Shown in pieces: positions 7,728 to 17,153 of a stretch of 64,000 nt of DNA. Numbering within the stretch: position 1 is the stretch's first letter; each line of letters starts with the position of its first letter. Below the pieces are notes generated by a model. That model made no database searches, had not been told where the DNA came from, and saw only the letters and a list, made by a program, of their open reading frames with translations. The DNA is taken from the NCBI GenBank assembly GCA_050949525.1, contig JBMNFW010000001.1:65078-129077 (forward strand), read 5' to 3'. The DNA is from Patescibacteria group bacterium. GTDB taxonomy: Bacteria > Patescibacteriota > Patescibacteriia > Patescibacteriales > UBA12465. The translations under genes were made by a program, and so were the position numbers.

Positions 7728-10700
7728 ATGATTAGTAAAAAAAATAAAACTCGTCGATTAGTTTTTTTGATTTATTTTCTTTTAGTTTCGGTTTTTCTTT
7801 TAGGAAAAATAGCTTTAGCTACCAGTAGTCCGAGTGTGGTTGATACCACTTTTGGTCTTGATTATGTTGAGGGTACTAATCCTGAAATGAGTAATGAGGA
7901 GGGTATTAAATTGGGGGCTAAAGATCCTCGCACTATAGCTGTTAAAATTATTAATGTTTCTCTTAGTGTTTTAGGTATAATTGCGGTTATTATTGTTATT
8001 TATGGTGGTTTTGTTTGGATGACAGCTGAAGGAAATGAGGATAAAATCTCTAAAGCTCGGGGTATATTAAAATCAGGTGTTATTGGCCTGATTATTATTT
8101 TAGCGGCTTGGGGTATAGTTACTTTAGTGTTTAATAAGTTAGGGGTTAGTACGGGTGTTAGTACTGGGGATCATTCCACTTCAACTAATAATAATATTGT
8201 TCCTCCTGGTGGTCCTGGAAGTAATTGCGGTAGTTATTATGGTAATCAATGTACTCCAGATAACACTGATTGTAATGATGGATTAGTTTGTAATAATAAT
8301 TGTATTTGTGTTCCAGATGAAACTGGTACACCATGTTCTGGTGGTGATGTTTGTACTAGCAATAATCCAGAGTGTGGTAGTAGTTTCTTTTGTGATTTTG
8401 AGGCAGATTGTACTTGTCAATTATTGGGCTACTCTAATTTAAACGAACCTTGTAGTGATGGAAATACTTGTAATGACTCTAGTAATACTTGTAATCCTCA
8501 TTATGGCTTATCTTGTGATCCTGATGCTTGTATTTGTGTGGGGGAGCCGATTATAACTGGTATTAGTCCGCAAGGAGGTTTTTGTGATAATGATATTAAT
8601 CAAGCTTGCTTAAATGATACTGCTTGTGATGGGGGTTCATGTAATATTAGTCAAGCTAATGGGGCTTTAGGAAATTTGATTACTGTTTATGGTTATAATT
8701 TTGATCACTATGATCAAGATTATTCCAAAGTTAATTTAATAAAAAGGGATGGAGAAGAAGAGATTATTATTACCGCTCAAGTTCCTAGCGAACTAAATGC
8801 TGCCTGTGGTAATTCTTGGAATAATCAACAGATAGTAGTTGCTATCCCTACTAGCACAGCACTTAGCGTTGAAGATGAGATAGAAATAGAGGTTGTTACT
8901 CGATTAGAAAAAACCGATCGGAGTCAAGATGAAAATGGTCCACTATTAGAGTCTTTGTTAATAAATAATTTAGAACGTCCGGGTTTATGTAGCGTGAAAA
9001 AGGTGGGAGATGATAATACTGAGGGGGAGTTAGAAGGGCAAATGAATGATGAACTAGAATATCATGGTTTAAATTTAATTAATAGCAAAGCTTATTTTGG
9101 TAACTCTGTTAGTAATATTTTAGGACTTTCACCTAATAATTTTTCTGATAATGATATAAAAGGAAGGGCTCGAGTTCCTAATTTATCAACTGGAAAAACT
9201 AGTACTTTTGCCAAGAAGGAAATATTACCTAGTAATTTTATGGATTTTAGAAAGATGGCTGAAGCTCCTCAAGGTCCTTCTATTTCTTTCTTTGATCCAG
9301 TGGAAGGATCTTCTGGTCAGTATGTCACTATTTATGGTAGTGGTTTTGGTAGTTTTAAAGGTATGAGTGCGGTTTATTTGGTCGGTGATAATCAAGGTTC
9401 TATTGAAGCTGATTATAATTTTCCGCCAGTTTGTTTACAATCAGTTTGGTCGGACGATAAAATTTTAATAAAAATTCCAGATAATATTGATGATGGTGAT
9501 TATTATTTAGTGCTTCAAATAGGTACTTGGAACGAAATTATATCTAGCGATACTTTTAAGGTTTCAGCTGATATTGCTTTAGGTCCTAGTTTGTGTAAAA
9601 TTAGTCCTAGTTCTGGTCCTCATAGCACCACTTTAGTTAATATGTGGGGAGAGTATTTTGGTACTCAAGCTAGAGCTGTGTTTAGTTATCAGAAATTCAC
9701 TGATTCAGTTACACCTGAAATAGAGGGAGGAGCTGATAAAATTAAAGTTTTTGTTCCTGCCGAATCAATTTCTGGTCCAGTTAAAGTTGAGAGAGATAAT
9801 ATTAGTGGCAATAGTTTAAATTTTTTAATTGGTGCTTGTTTATCTGATGATGATTGTTCTGGGTCTAATACTTGTTGTGGGGCTAATACTGTTTTAGCTG
9901 GATCTTGTGTTTCTGATAGCAATGCTTGTAATGAAGGAGCTCCTAGTAATTCTTTATTTAAATGGAGCTTTGATACTGGAGTAGCTGATGCTAGTCCATC
10001 CTTCACCGGAGATGAGCCTTATAGTTGTGCTAGCTATACTTATTGTCCTGAGACACCTTATGTTTGTCCTAATTCTCCTGGAGTTTGTTCTAAATATCTT
10101 GGTGGTCAATCAGTATTAATTTCTGGTACTTGTGATGATACTTGTCAGAGTATTTGCCCTGGTTCTATATATCGATCTGATTTAAATCGATGTGTAAAAG
10201 ATATAGGTAATTGTCATTTGGATAAAAAAATAGAGTATTCATTAGGAGAAGGTTTGGGAACCACAACTAAAATAGCAGTTTGTAAAAATTATGATATTAA
10301 TGGGACAAGAAAATCTTTTTTTGAGATTTCAGTTAGTACTAGTTGTCCTAATGGTTGGAGCATGATTTCTCCTGGTCGTTGTGTTAATGTTCCTAATGTT
10401 TATAGTGAAGAATATAGTTATACATGTGGTGCTTGTCCTTCAGGTTTAAGTTGTCAAAATTTGTATGGAAATGTTGAATTAGGTATATGTGCTTCTGGTC
10501 CTTTATGTTCTGGAGATTATTCTTGTATTAATGGTCAATGTCAAAAAGAAGATCTAGGTGATTGTCAGTGTTGTTGTGATAAGGATCAAAATAGTACTGA
10601 TGCTGATAGCTATGGTAATCCAGCTTGTTGTACTCCATTGATTTGTGATTATAAATGCGGTGTTAGCGCTAATGAGCCGACTAATAATGAAAATTATGGA

Positions 10701-13700
10701 TTATGTTCTGGTTGTAAGTTATCGGATTCAGCTGGTATTTTTGATCGAGATAATGCTTGTAATTGTTTAGGAACTTATGGTAAATTTTGCGAGGTTAGTA
10801 ATATTTATCCTGAGGGAGCTTGCTTAGATTGTTCCGCTATTCAAAGTGAAATTAATTGTAAAGAGCATGGTAATTCTTGTTGTTGGGATAAGAAAAATGA
10901 ATCTTGTCGTGGTATAAAGTCTGATAGTATTCCTTGGGATGAAGAAGATGCTAATTGGGGTTATTGCCCTTATTATTCTTGTCGAGAGGATCAACCAAAT
11001 CTTTGTAATCTTTCTTCACCATCTAGTGATAGTAATGATAATTATCTCTATTCTTCTACTAGCTCTTGTGCCATAGCTTGTCAAAAAAATTGTAATAAGT
11101 ATTTAACTTTTGATCATTGTAAAAATACTGATAATTGTTGTTGGGATGAAGAATCTAATCTTTGTTTGGAGGGAGCTGCTTTTAGTGATGAGGCAAATCT
11201 AGGAAAGTGTAAATATTATCAATGTTCTAATCCTGGAAGTGATTCACCTTGTACAGTAACTGATCAATCTAGTGATGGTGATAATCCTAATTATTTAAAA
11301 GAAAATATTTGTACACTTCAATGTAAAAACCAATCTCTAGGTTTTGGTAATTATTGCGCTTCTATTACTCCTAATTATACTAATCTTAATCCAGTTTGTG
11401 ATTCTAACGTTTGTAATTTATTTTCTTGTTTAACTAGTGAAGGAGCGGTAGCTTCTAACTCTACTGATTGTGGAGTTTGTTGTTGTAATCCAAATAGCTC
11501 AAATGATCAATGTACACAGATTAGTAGCAGCTTAACTTGTTTACCAAATAAAGGTTTGTGTACTGGATCAAAACGTGGTTTATGTTGTGGTTGTAGTACT
11601 GATGCTAGCTGTGTTAATCCTGGTTTATCGCCTCTCTTTGTTGGTTGTGGTCTCGATACTTGTTGTCGAGCTCGACCTAAAATAGAAACAAATATTAATA
11701 AATTTGCTGAGCTGGATGTTTTGCCGGAGCATGAAGATCATAATGTTTGTCGAAATGCCATGATTGAAATAAATTTTGATCAAAGAATAGATATTAATAG
11801 TTTGAGTAATAATATATTATTATTAGAGGAAACCAGCGGTGCTTGTTCTCCCGGTACATATTTTATTGGTCAAAGTAATTTTAAAAAAGATACTATTTTA
11901 GCTCGAATTTTAAAACCTATTTTAAAAATTTTTAAGAAAGATGCTTTAGCTCAAATCGGGGGAATACCAATAGATCTGCCATTTTTACCGATATCTGTAT
12001 TGAATATGCCATCATCAGTTAAAAATTATTGCGCTGTTTTAGGTAGTGTTGATTTTGAGCATTTAAGTAATAATAAAACTCGAGTTTTCTTTAAACCCAA
12101 TAATCTTCTTAAGGCCGGAACTAAATATTTTGTCGTGGTAAAAGGAGATGTTAATTTAAATAGTCAAAGTGGAATTAAAAGTTTGCACGGAATTGGTATG
12201 AGAGGTTCTGGGTATTATAGAATTACTGCGCCTTCTACTTTTTCTGGTTGGAGATCTAATGTTTTATTTAATAATGTTCGATATCCAAATTCATATATCT
12301 GGAGATTTATTACTCAATCAGTAAATTCTCCAGGAGAAGGAATTTGTACAATTGATCATGTAGAAGTGTCTCCTGATTCTTATCTTTTTCAAACATTTGA
12401 AAATGATCTTAATGAGAATGATGAAGATTCTAACCATTCCTCTTTTGATTCTGTTAAAGATCGGGATAAAGTATATGTAGCCAAAGCTTATTCCTCTGAT
12501 CATCAAAGACTACAACCTACCACTGGATATAGTTGGACTTGGGATTGGAATATTGATAATCAAGATGTTTTAAATTTCTATGATGTATTAGGTGAGGAAA
12601 GTAGTATTACTGGTTTTAGTTTAGATGGTGATAAGCGATTAATTGGAGTTAAGGGTGGTGTAACTAATGGAGAAACTTGGGTTTCTGCTACTACCGTTTT
12701 GTCTTCTCCTTATACTACTGATGGAAATAATGTTTCTAAATCAGTTCCTGCTTATGTTATGAATTGTAAAAATCCTTGGCCAGCGTTTAATGGTGAGACT
12801 TGGTCTCCATGGAAAGACACTCCTCAAAGTGGTATAGCTGGATATAATCATGAATTTTATTATTGTCGGGATGCCGGTGAGGATGGTACCGCTGATGATT
12901 TACCAGCATTTTTAAGTGATTTAGCTATCGTTAAGGGTAATAGCTTAATTAAGGTTTGCAGTAATGCCCCTACTCAGATTTGTGAAAATAGTAATGATTG
13001 TTCTAATGGTGGAATATGTTTAAGTAGTTTTTTAAAGGAAATATATTTCTTTAAAGAAAGAATTCCTCATTTTATTAAAAATATTTCCGCTAGTGATAAT
13101 GGTATGGGGGGCAGTATAAAGCTTTCCTGGGAATCAGATAAAAGTTTAGTTCATCGGTATAAGATTTATTATAATCCAGTAGCTAGTAATAATAATCAAG
13201 AGAAAATAATAAATCCTGAAACTGAATGTACTGTAGGAGGTAGTAAATATACTTGTTCAATTGATATTAATAATTTAACTAATGGGCAACAATATGCTTT
13301 CCGAGTCACAGCTCTTAGTGAGAATCAGGCTGAGACTAATTTTTCTGCCACTGTTTTTGCCACTCCTACAGTTGGAGTCTTAGAGGCGGAGGGTCTCAAT
13401 ATACCAACTAATTTAGTTGCTCAGATTGAATCATATGATGAAAAAAAGGTTAAATTATCTTGGACTGCCCCAACTAATTATCAAGTAGCTAATTATAAAG
13501 TGTATCGCGGAACTTCTCAAGGTGTTTATGCTTCTTCTTTTTTAACTAATAGTACTGAAACTGAAATTATAGTTATTTTACCATCTGGATCTGGGACTAA
13601 GCATTATTTAGCAGTCAGTACTATTGGGGTTAATAGTGTAGAGAGTGATAAATCTAATATGGTGCTAGTTGATTTTGGCGCCTTACCATTATTACCATAA
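7728..13700 (+). CDS. Giant surface protein: signal peptide, VirB2/TrbC-like pilin, Cys-rich repeats, IPT/TIG, Ig-like and two FN3 domains
   Basis: Pilin-like DPRTIAVKIIN..YGGFVWMTAEGNEDKISKARGILKSGVIGLIIILAAW; IPT starts PIITGISP, PSISFFDPVEG..VTIYGSGFG, PSLCKISPSSG; about 110+ Cys by hand count; FN3 LSW..YKIYY..YAFRVTA. Confidence 0.8.
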   Translation: MISKKNKTRRLVFLIYFLLVSVFLLGKIALATSSPSVVDTTFGLDYVEGTNPEMSNEEGIKLGAKDPRTIAVKIINVSLSVLGIIAVIIVIYGGFVWMTAEGNEDKISKARGILKSGVIGLIIILAAWGIVTLVFNKLGVSTGVSTGDHSTSTNNNIVPPGGPGSNCGSYYGNQCTPDNTDCNDGLVCNNNCICVPDETGTPCSGGDVCTSNNPECGSSFFCDFEADCTCQLLGYSNLNEPCSDGNTCNDSSNTCNPHYGLSCDPDACICVGEPIITGISPQGGFCDNDINQACLNDTACDGGSCNISQANGALGNLITVYGYNFDHYDQDYSKVNLIKRDGEEEIIITAQVPSELNAACGNSWNNQQIVVAIPTSTALSVEDEIEIEVVTRLEKTDRSQDENGPLLESLLINNLERPGLCSVKKVGDDNTEGELEGQMNDELEYHGLNLINSKAYFGNSVSNILGLSPNNFSDNDIKGRARVPNLSTGKTSTFAKKEILPSNFMDFRKMAEAPQGPSISFFDPVEGSSGQYVTIYGSGFGSFKGMSAVYLVGDNQGSIEADYNFPPVCLQSVWSDDKILIKIPDNIDDGDYYLVLQIGTWNEIISSDTFKVSADIALGPSLCKISPSSGPHSTTLVNMWGEYFGTQARAVFSYQKFTDSVTPEIEGGADKIKVFVPAESISGPVKVERDNISGNSLNFLIGACLSDDDCSGSNTCCGANTVLAGSCVSDSNACNEGAPSNSLFKWSFDTGVADASPSFTGDEPYSCASYTYCPETPYVCPNSPGVCSKYLGGQSVLISGTCDDTCQSICPGSIYRSDLNRCVKDIGNCHLDKKIEYSLGEGLGTTTKIAVCKNYDINGTRKSFFEISVSTSCPNGWSMISPGRCVNVPNVYSEEYSYTCGACPSGLSCQNLYGNVELGICASGPLCSGDYSCINGQCQKEDLGDCQCCCDKDQNSTDADSYGNPACCTPLICDYKCGVSANEPTNNENYGLCSGCKLSDSAGIFDRDNACNCLGTYGKFCEVSNIYPEGACLDCSAIQSEINCKEHGNSCCWDKKNESCRGIKSDSIPWDEEDANWGYCPYYSCREDQPNLCNLSSPSSDSNDNYLYSSTSSCAIACQKNCNKYLTFDHCKNTDNCCWDEESNLCLEGAAFSDEANLGKCKYYQCSNPGSDSPCTVTDQSSDGDNPNYLKENICTLQCKNQSLGFGNYCASITPNYTNLNPVCDSNVCNLFSCLTSEGAVASNSTDCGVCCCNPNSSNDQCTQISSSLTCLPNKGLCTGSKRGLCCGCSTDASCVNPGLSPLFVGCGLDTCCRARPKIETNINKFAELDVLPEHEDHNVCRNAMIEINFDQRIDINSLSNNILLLEETSGACSPGTYFIGQSNFKKDTILARILKPILKIFKKDALAQIGGIPIDLPFLPISVLNMPSSVKNYCAVLGSVDFEHLSNNKTRVFFKPNNLLKAGTKYFVVVKGDVNLNSQSGIKSLHGIGMRGSGYYRITAPSTFSGWRSNVLFNNVRYPNSYIWRFITQSVNSPGEGICTIDHVEVSPDSYLFQTFENDLNENDEDSNHSSFDSVKDRDKVYVAKAYSSDHQRLQPTTGYSWTWDWNIDNQDVLNFYDVLGEESSITGFSLDGDKRLIGVKGGVTNGETWVSATTVLSSPYTTDGNNVSKSVPAYVMNCKNPWPAFNGETWSPWKDTPQSGIAGYNHEFYYCRDAGEDGTADDLPAFLSDLAIVKGNSLIKVCSNAPTQICENSNDCSNGGICLSSFLKEIYFFKERIPHFIKNISASDNGMGGSIKLSWESDKSLVHRYKIYYNPVASNNNQEKIINPETECTVGGSKYTCSIDINNLTNGQQYAFRVTALSENQAETNFSATVFATPTVGVLEAEGLNIPTNLVAQIESYDEKKVKLSWTAPTNYQVANYKVYRGTSQGVYASSFLTNSTETEIIVILPSGSGTKHYLAVSTIGVNSVESDKSNMVLVDFGALPLLP

Positions 13701-13734
13701 TTATTTTAGTGTATTAAAAATTAAAATAAAAAAA

Positions 13735-16700
13735 ATGAAGAAAAAAAATATTTTTATAAGAAGAGTTTTTTTAATAACTTTGTTTTTCGGTATTCTCTTT
13801 TTAATATCTACTCAAGTATCACGAGCTTTTTCTGGGGTGGGTAATTTGGGTAATCAGGAACAGGTTGCTTCTAATACAGGTAGTGGTAATTATCAGACTA
13901 ATCCCCCCATTCTTAGTTCTCAAGAATCTTTTCAATCGGGGGAATCTGACGCTATTGCGGTTAGAGTTATTCCTAATCCCAATCATCTCAGTGCTCAGAA
14001 ATGGTATAAATCTCAAGGATTTTCTGGTTCGCCCCAATCTTTGATAGTTGATGGTTATCAAGCAGTTCGAGATGGAAGAACAGTTTATGTTTCGGCTACT
14101 AATGTGGTGGGAAATAATATTTATACTAATATTTATTTAATTTCCTATGATCAAGAAGCTGATCATCAAACGGTAGATATTTTTGGTAAAATCTTAAGTA
14201 ATTGGAAATTTAATACTAATATTAATGCTAATGTTGGTTCTTGTGTTATTTCTAATCGAAGTTGTTACTCTGATAGTGATTGCTCTGAAGGTTATGTTTG
14301 TGGAAGTCTTGGTAATGCTCAAGCTAATAAATGTATTTTAAAAGAAGCTGATGAAGATTATACTAGTTTAGAAAGTTCTCCACGTTGTTTACTTGATTCT
14401 GATTGTCCAGGAAAATTATTTTGCACTAGTCTAAAATCCAGAATTATTAGAGACTTAGATCGTTTAGAAAAAATAATTCTTTTAAAAGAAAAGATTGAAC
14501 AGTATAATAATAAGAATGGGCGATATCCAACTTTATTATCCGGAACTTATTTACCTCATGTTGCTATTTCCACTTGGCCTTCTTGGCAAAGTTCTTTTTT
14601 AGGGCAAATTGGGGCTAGTGGAGTTGTTGATCCAATTAATAGTTTAGGATCTTGTGCTGATGAGAATAAAAAGTTTGATCTCAATACTTGTTGGCGAGAA
14701 GAAGGTAATTATTTTTTTACTCCTAATAATAATTATAATAATTTTACTTTGCCGCCATATAGCTATGTTATCGCTTATACTTCTAATCCTAATGGCACTA
14801 ATTATAATCTTTGTGCGGTAATGGAAACAGTTTTAGGTGGAGATAATTATACAATTTCTGGTGGACCCTTATCTGATTTAACTTGTTCTCTTGGTTCTGG
14901 TGTAGGAAATACTGGATTCGTTGGACATAATACTAATCAAGCTCCCTATGTTTCAGAATATATGTTAGAGGGAGAGGCCGGACAAGAATTTAATGGTTAT
15001 ATTAAAGCCATTGATCCTGAGGGGCATTCTATTACTTGGGGTACTAGTATCCATACAGCACCTATGTTAATAACTAATTTTAGTTCTTGGACACCAGCCA
15101 ATAAGCCTCAACTTATTAATACTAACAATCCATTACAAAAAAGATTATGGGCTGAAAAAGCTGGGTCTCCGGGGGTGTATAAAATTAAGGTTAATTTAGC
15201 TGATAATGTTGGTTCTTCTAGTTCTGAAGTTTTGAATATTGTTATTAATCCTTCTAATCCCCAGATAATAGCTGGTGATGTTAATTATGTTTTAGGTTCA
15301 GGTTCAATTCAGGGTGAGATGTTGATTAAGTCTAAAACTCCTCTATCCAATGGAGATGTTAAAATTTTTAGAAGCAATAATGAAAGTAATAAAGTTTCTT
15401 TAAATATTATAGAAAGTGGATCACCGCTTTTTTATATCCCCCCCTTTTTACCGCCCCTTGAAGGTGGATTACGGGCTAGTTTAACAAAATTATCTGATCA
15501 AGATTATTCTCTTAAAATTTTTGGAACATTAAATCATAATGTTTTTCCTGCCGGATCTTATCCCTATACCATTGAGGTTACTACTCCATATGGATCTAGT
15601 ACTAAACAGTTTTCTATTAATGTTGCAGCTGAGAATTTAGTTTTGGATTTAAGTAATTGTCCTACTATTGCTCCTCTTGGTTCATATTATGTGTGTCCAG
15701 TAAGTGTGTTTGGTTCCAATGATGGAGTTAATTTTTCTGTTGAATCAAGCTTACCTCGAGGACTTTCATATAATAGTTCGGAAAAGAAAATTAAAGGATA
15801 TATTTTAGATTCTTTAGATCAGTATCCTATCAATGTTTCAGCTCATAATAATTTTGGGGCTAATACTTCTAAAACATTTACTTTAAGTACTTTTAGTGAT
15901 TGTGAAAATAGTCTAGTTAAGCATGAAGGAGGTCCTTGGAATTCTTCAGGAAGTACCAGAAATAATGGAGGTTATTATAAGACAGTGTTGATTGGTGGAC
16001 AATGTTGGTTAAAGGAAAATTTAAATATTGGAACGATGCTTATGTTGGGTAGTGAGCCTCATAATAATACTACTATTGAAAAACATTGTTTTGATGATAA
16101 TGAAATTTATTGTCAGAAACTTGGTGGAGTATATCAATGGGATGAAGCAATGGATTATTTCCATAACAATACACTTCAAGGTATTTGTCCTAATGGTTGG
16201 AGAGTGCCCACAGATAATGATTGGTATGTTTTAGAAAATTATTTAAAAGATCCTGGACAAGGTTGTAATGCTAATAGAGTAATGGGGTCAGAAGAGTGTT
16301 ATTCAACTGGGTTTAAGATTACAAAGAATCAAAAGTGTTGTGCTAATAATGATGATAATAATTGTACTAATTGGCCAGGAAATAATTCCTCTGGTTTTTC
16401 GGCCGTTTGTGCTCCTAGTATGAGTAGTGCTTGGTGGGGTTTTGATAATTTAAATACTGAGTGGACTGGCTGGTTAACATCAAGTTTATATGATAATGAT
16501 AATGTGCTTACTAGACACGTGTTTCATAATAATGGCTTAATTCAACGACAAAAGAAACCTAGAAATAGTGGGTTTTATGCGGTTCGGTGTGTTAAGGATG
16601 TTAAAGAGTGTCACAATAATTCTGATTGCGCTTATTTAGGAGGTGGATATACATGTAATAGTTATAATCTCTGTTCTTCAAATGTTATTAGTGGTGGAAC

Positions 16701-17091
16701 AGTTTCACCTGTTATTGTCCCTGGTACTATACCAACTGGTTCTGATGATAATAATACTCCAGGTACTATAACACCACCAAATGCAAGTACTGAGTTAGAA
16801 GCAACCACTGATACTCCCATAGTTACACCAACTGGTTCTGATGATAATAATATTCCGGGTACTATAACACCACCAAATGTGAGTACTGAACTAGGGACAA
16901 CCATTAATAAACCTACTGGTTCCGGAGATAATGTTTCTCCTGATGATAGTACTATAGCTCCACCAAATATTCATACTGGAGCTGTTGGTATAATAGAGGG
17001 CGGTACTACTAACTCTGGTTCTGGTAGCAATACTTCTCCAGGGTTAAATACCGGAACATTATTTACTGGCGGAATGACAGGTAAGCCTTAG
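13735..17091 (+). CDS. Large secreted protein: PsbP-like domain, pilin-head-like segment, Ig-like domains, FISUMP domain, Pro/Thr/Gly-rich tail
   Basis: Signal peptide from MKKKN (start moved from 13669 to 13735). FISUMP motifs YKTVLIGGQCWLKENL, YQWDEAM, QGICPNGWRVPT, VRCVKD. He_PIG-like LPRGLSYNS..KIKG. Confidence 0.75.
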   Translation: MKKKNIFIRRVFLITLFFGILFLISTQVSRAFSGVGNLGNQEQVASNTGSGNYQTNPPILSSQESFQSGESDAIAVRVIPNPNHLSAQKWYKSQGFSGSPQSLIVDGYQAVRDGRTVYVSATNVVGNNIYTNIYLISYDQEADHQTVDIFGKILSNWKFNTNINANVGSCVISNRSCYSDSDCSEGYVCGSLGNAQANKCILKEADEDYTSLESSPRCLLDSDCPGKLFCTSLKSRIIRDLDRLEKIILLKEKIEQYNNKNGRYPTLLSGTYLPHVAISTWPSWQSSFLGQIGASGVVDPINSLGSCADENKKFDLNTCWREEGNYFFTPNNNYNNFTLPPYSYVIAYTSNPNGTNYNLCAVMETVLGGDNYTISGGPLSDLTCSLGSGVGNTGFVGHNTNQAPYVSEYMLEGEAGQEFNGYIKAIDPEGHSITWGTSIHTAPMLITNFSSWTPANKPQLINTNNPLQKRLWAEKAGSPGVYKIKVNLADNVGSSSSEVLNIVINPSNPQIIAGDVNYVLGSGSIQGEMLIKSKTPLSNGDVKIFRSNNESNKVSLNIIESGSPLFYIPPFLPPLEGGLRASLTKLSDQDYSLKIFGTLNHNVFPAGSYPYTIEVTTPYGSSTKQFSINVAAENLVLDLSNCPTIAPLGSYYVCPVSVFGSNDGVNFSVESSLPRGLSYNSSEKKIKGYILDSLDQYPINVSAHNNFGANTSKTFTLSTFSDCENSLVKHEGGPWNSSGSTRNNGGYYKTVLIGGQCWLKENLNIGTMLMLGSEPHNNTTIEKHCFDDNEIYCQKLGGVYQWDEAMDYFHNNTLQGICPNGWRVPTDNDWYVLENYLKDPGQGCNANRVMGSEECYSTGFKITKNQKCCANNDDNNCTNWPGNNSSGFSAVCAPSMSSAWWGFDNLNTEWTGWLTSSLYDNDNVLTRHVFHNNGLIQRQKKPRNSGFYAVRCVKDVKECHNNSDCAYLGGGYTCNSYNLCSSNVISGGTVSPVIVPGTIPTGSDDNNTPGTITPPNASTELEATTDTPIVTPTGSDDNNIPGTITPPNVSTELGTTINKPTGSGDNVSPDDSTIAPPNIHTGAVGIIEGGTTNSGSGSNTSPGLNTGTLFTGGMTGKP
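16731..16932 (+). repeat. Intragenic direct repeat, 96-bp period (PTGSDDNNxPGTITPPNxSTEL x2 plus a degenerate third copy)
   Basis: ACCAACTGGTTCTGATGATAATAAT at 16731 and 16827; ACCTACTGGTTCCGGAGATAAT at 16911. Confidence 0.9.
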
Positions 17092-17111
17092 TGGTTTTAT
17101 TAAATTATTTA

Positions 17112-17120
17112 TGTTATAAT
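17112..17120 (+). promoter_or_regulatory. Extended -10 promoter element
   Basis: TGtTATAAT 33 nt upstream of the 17154 ATG. Confidence 0.5.
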
Positions 17121-17153
17121 TTATTAACAATATTAATACTTAATTAAAAATGT

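Noticed and set aside
13669-13734. ORF-track start of the 1140-aa protein
   Set aside because: Overlaps the upstream gene; the signal peptide begins at MKKKN (13735).
16731-16932. Direct repeats as a possible CRISPR array or DGR VR/TR pair
   Set aside because: In-frame coding repeats with 2-3 copies, no unique spacers, no adenine-specific mismatch pattern, and no cas or RT gene in the window.
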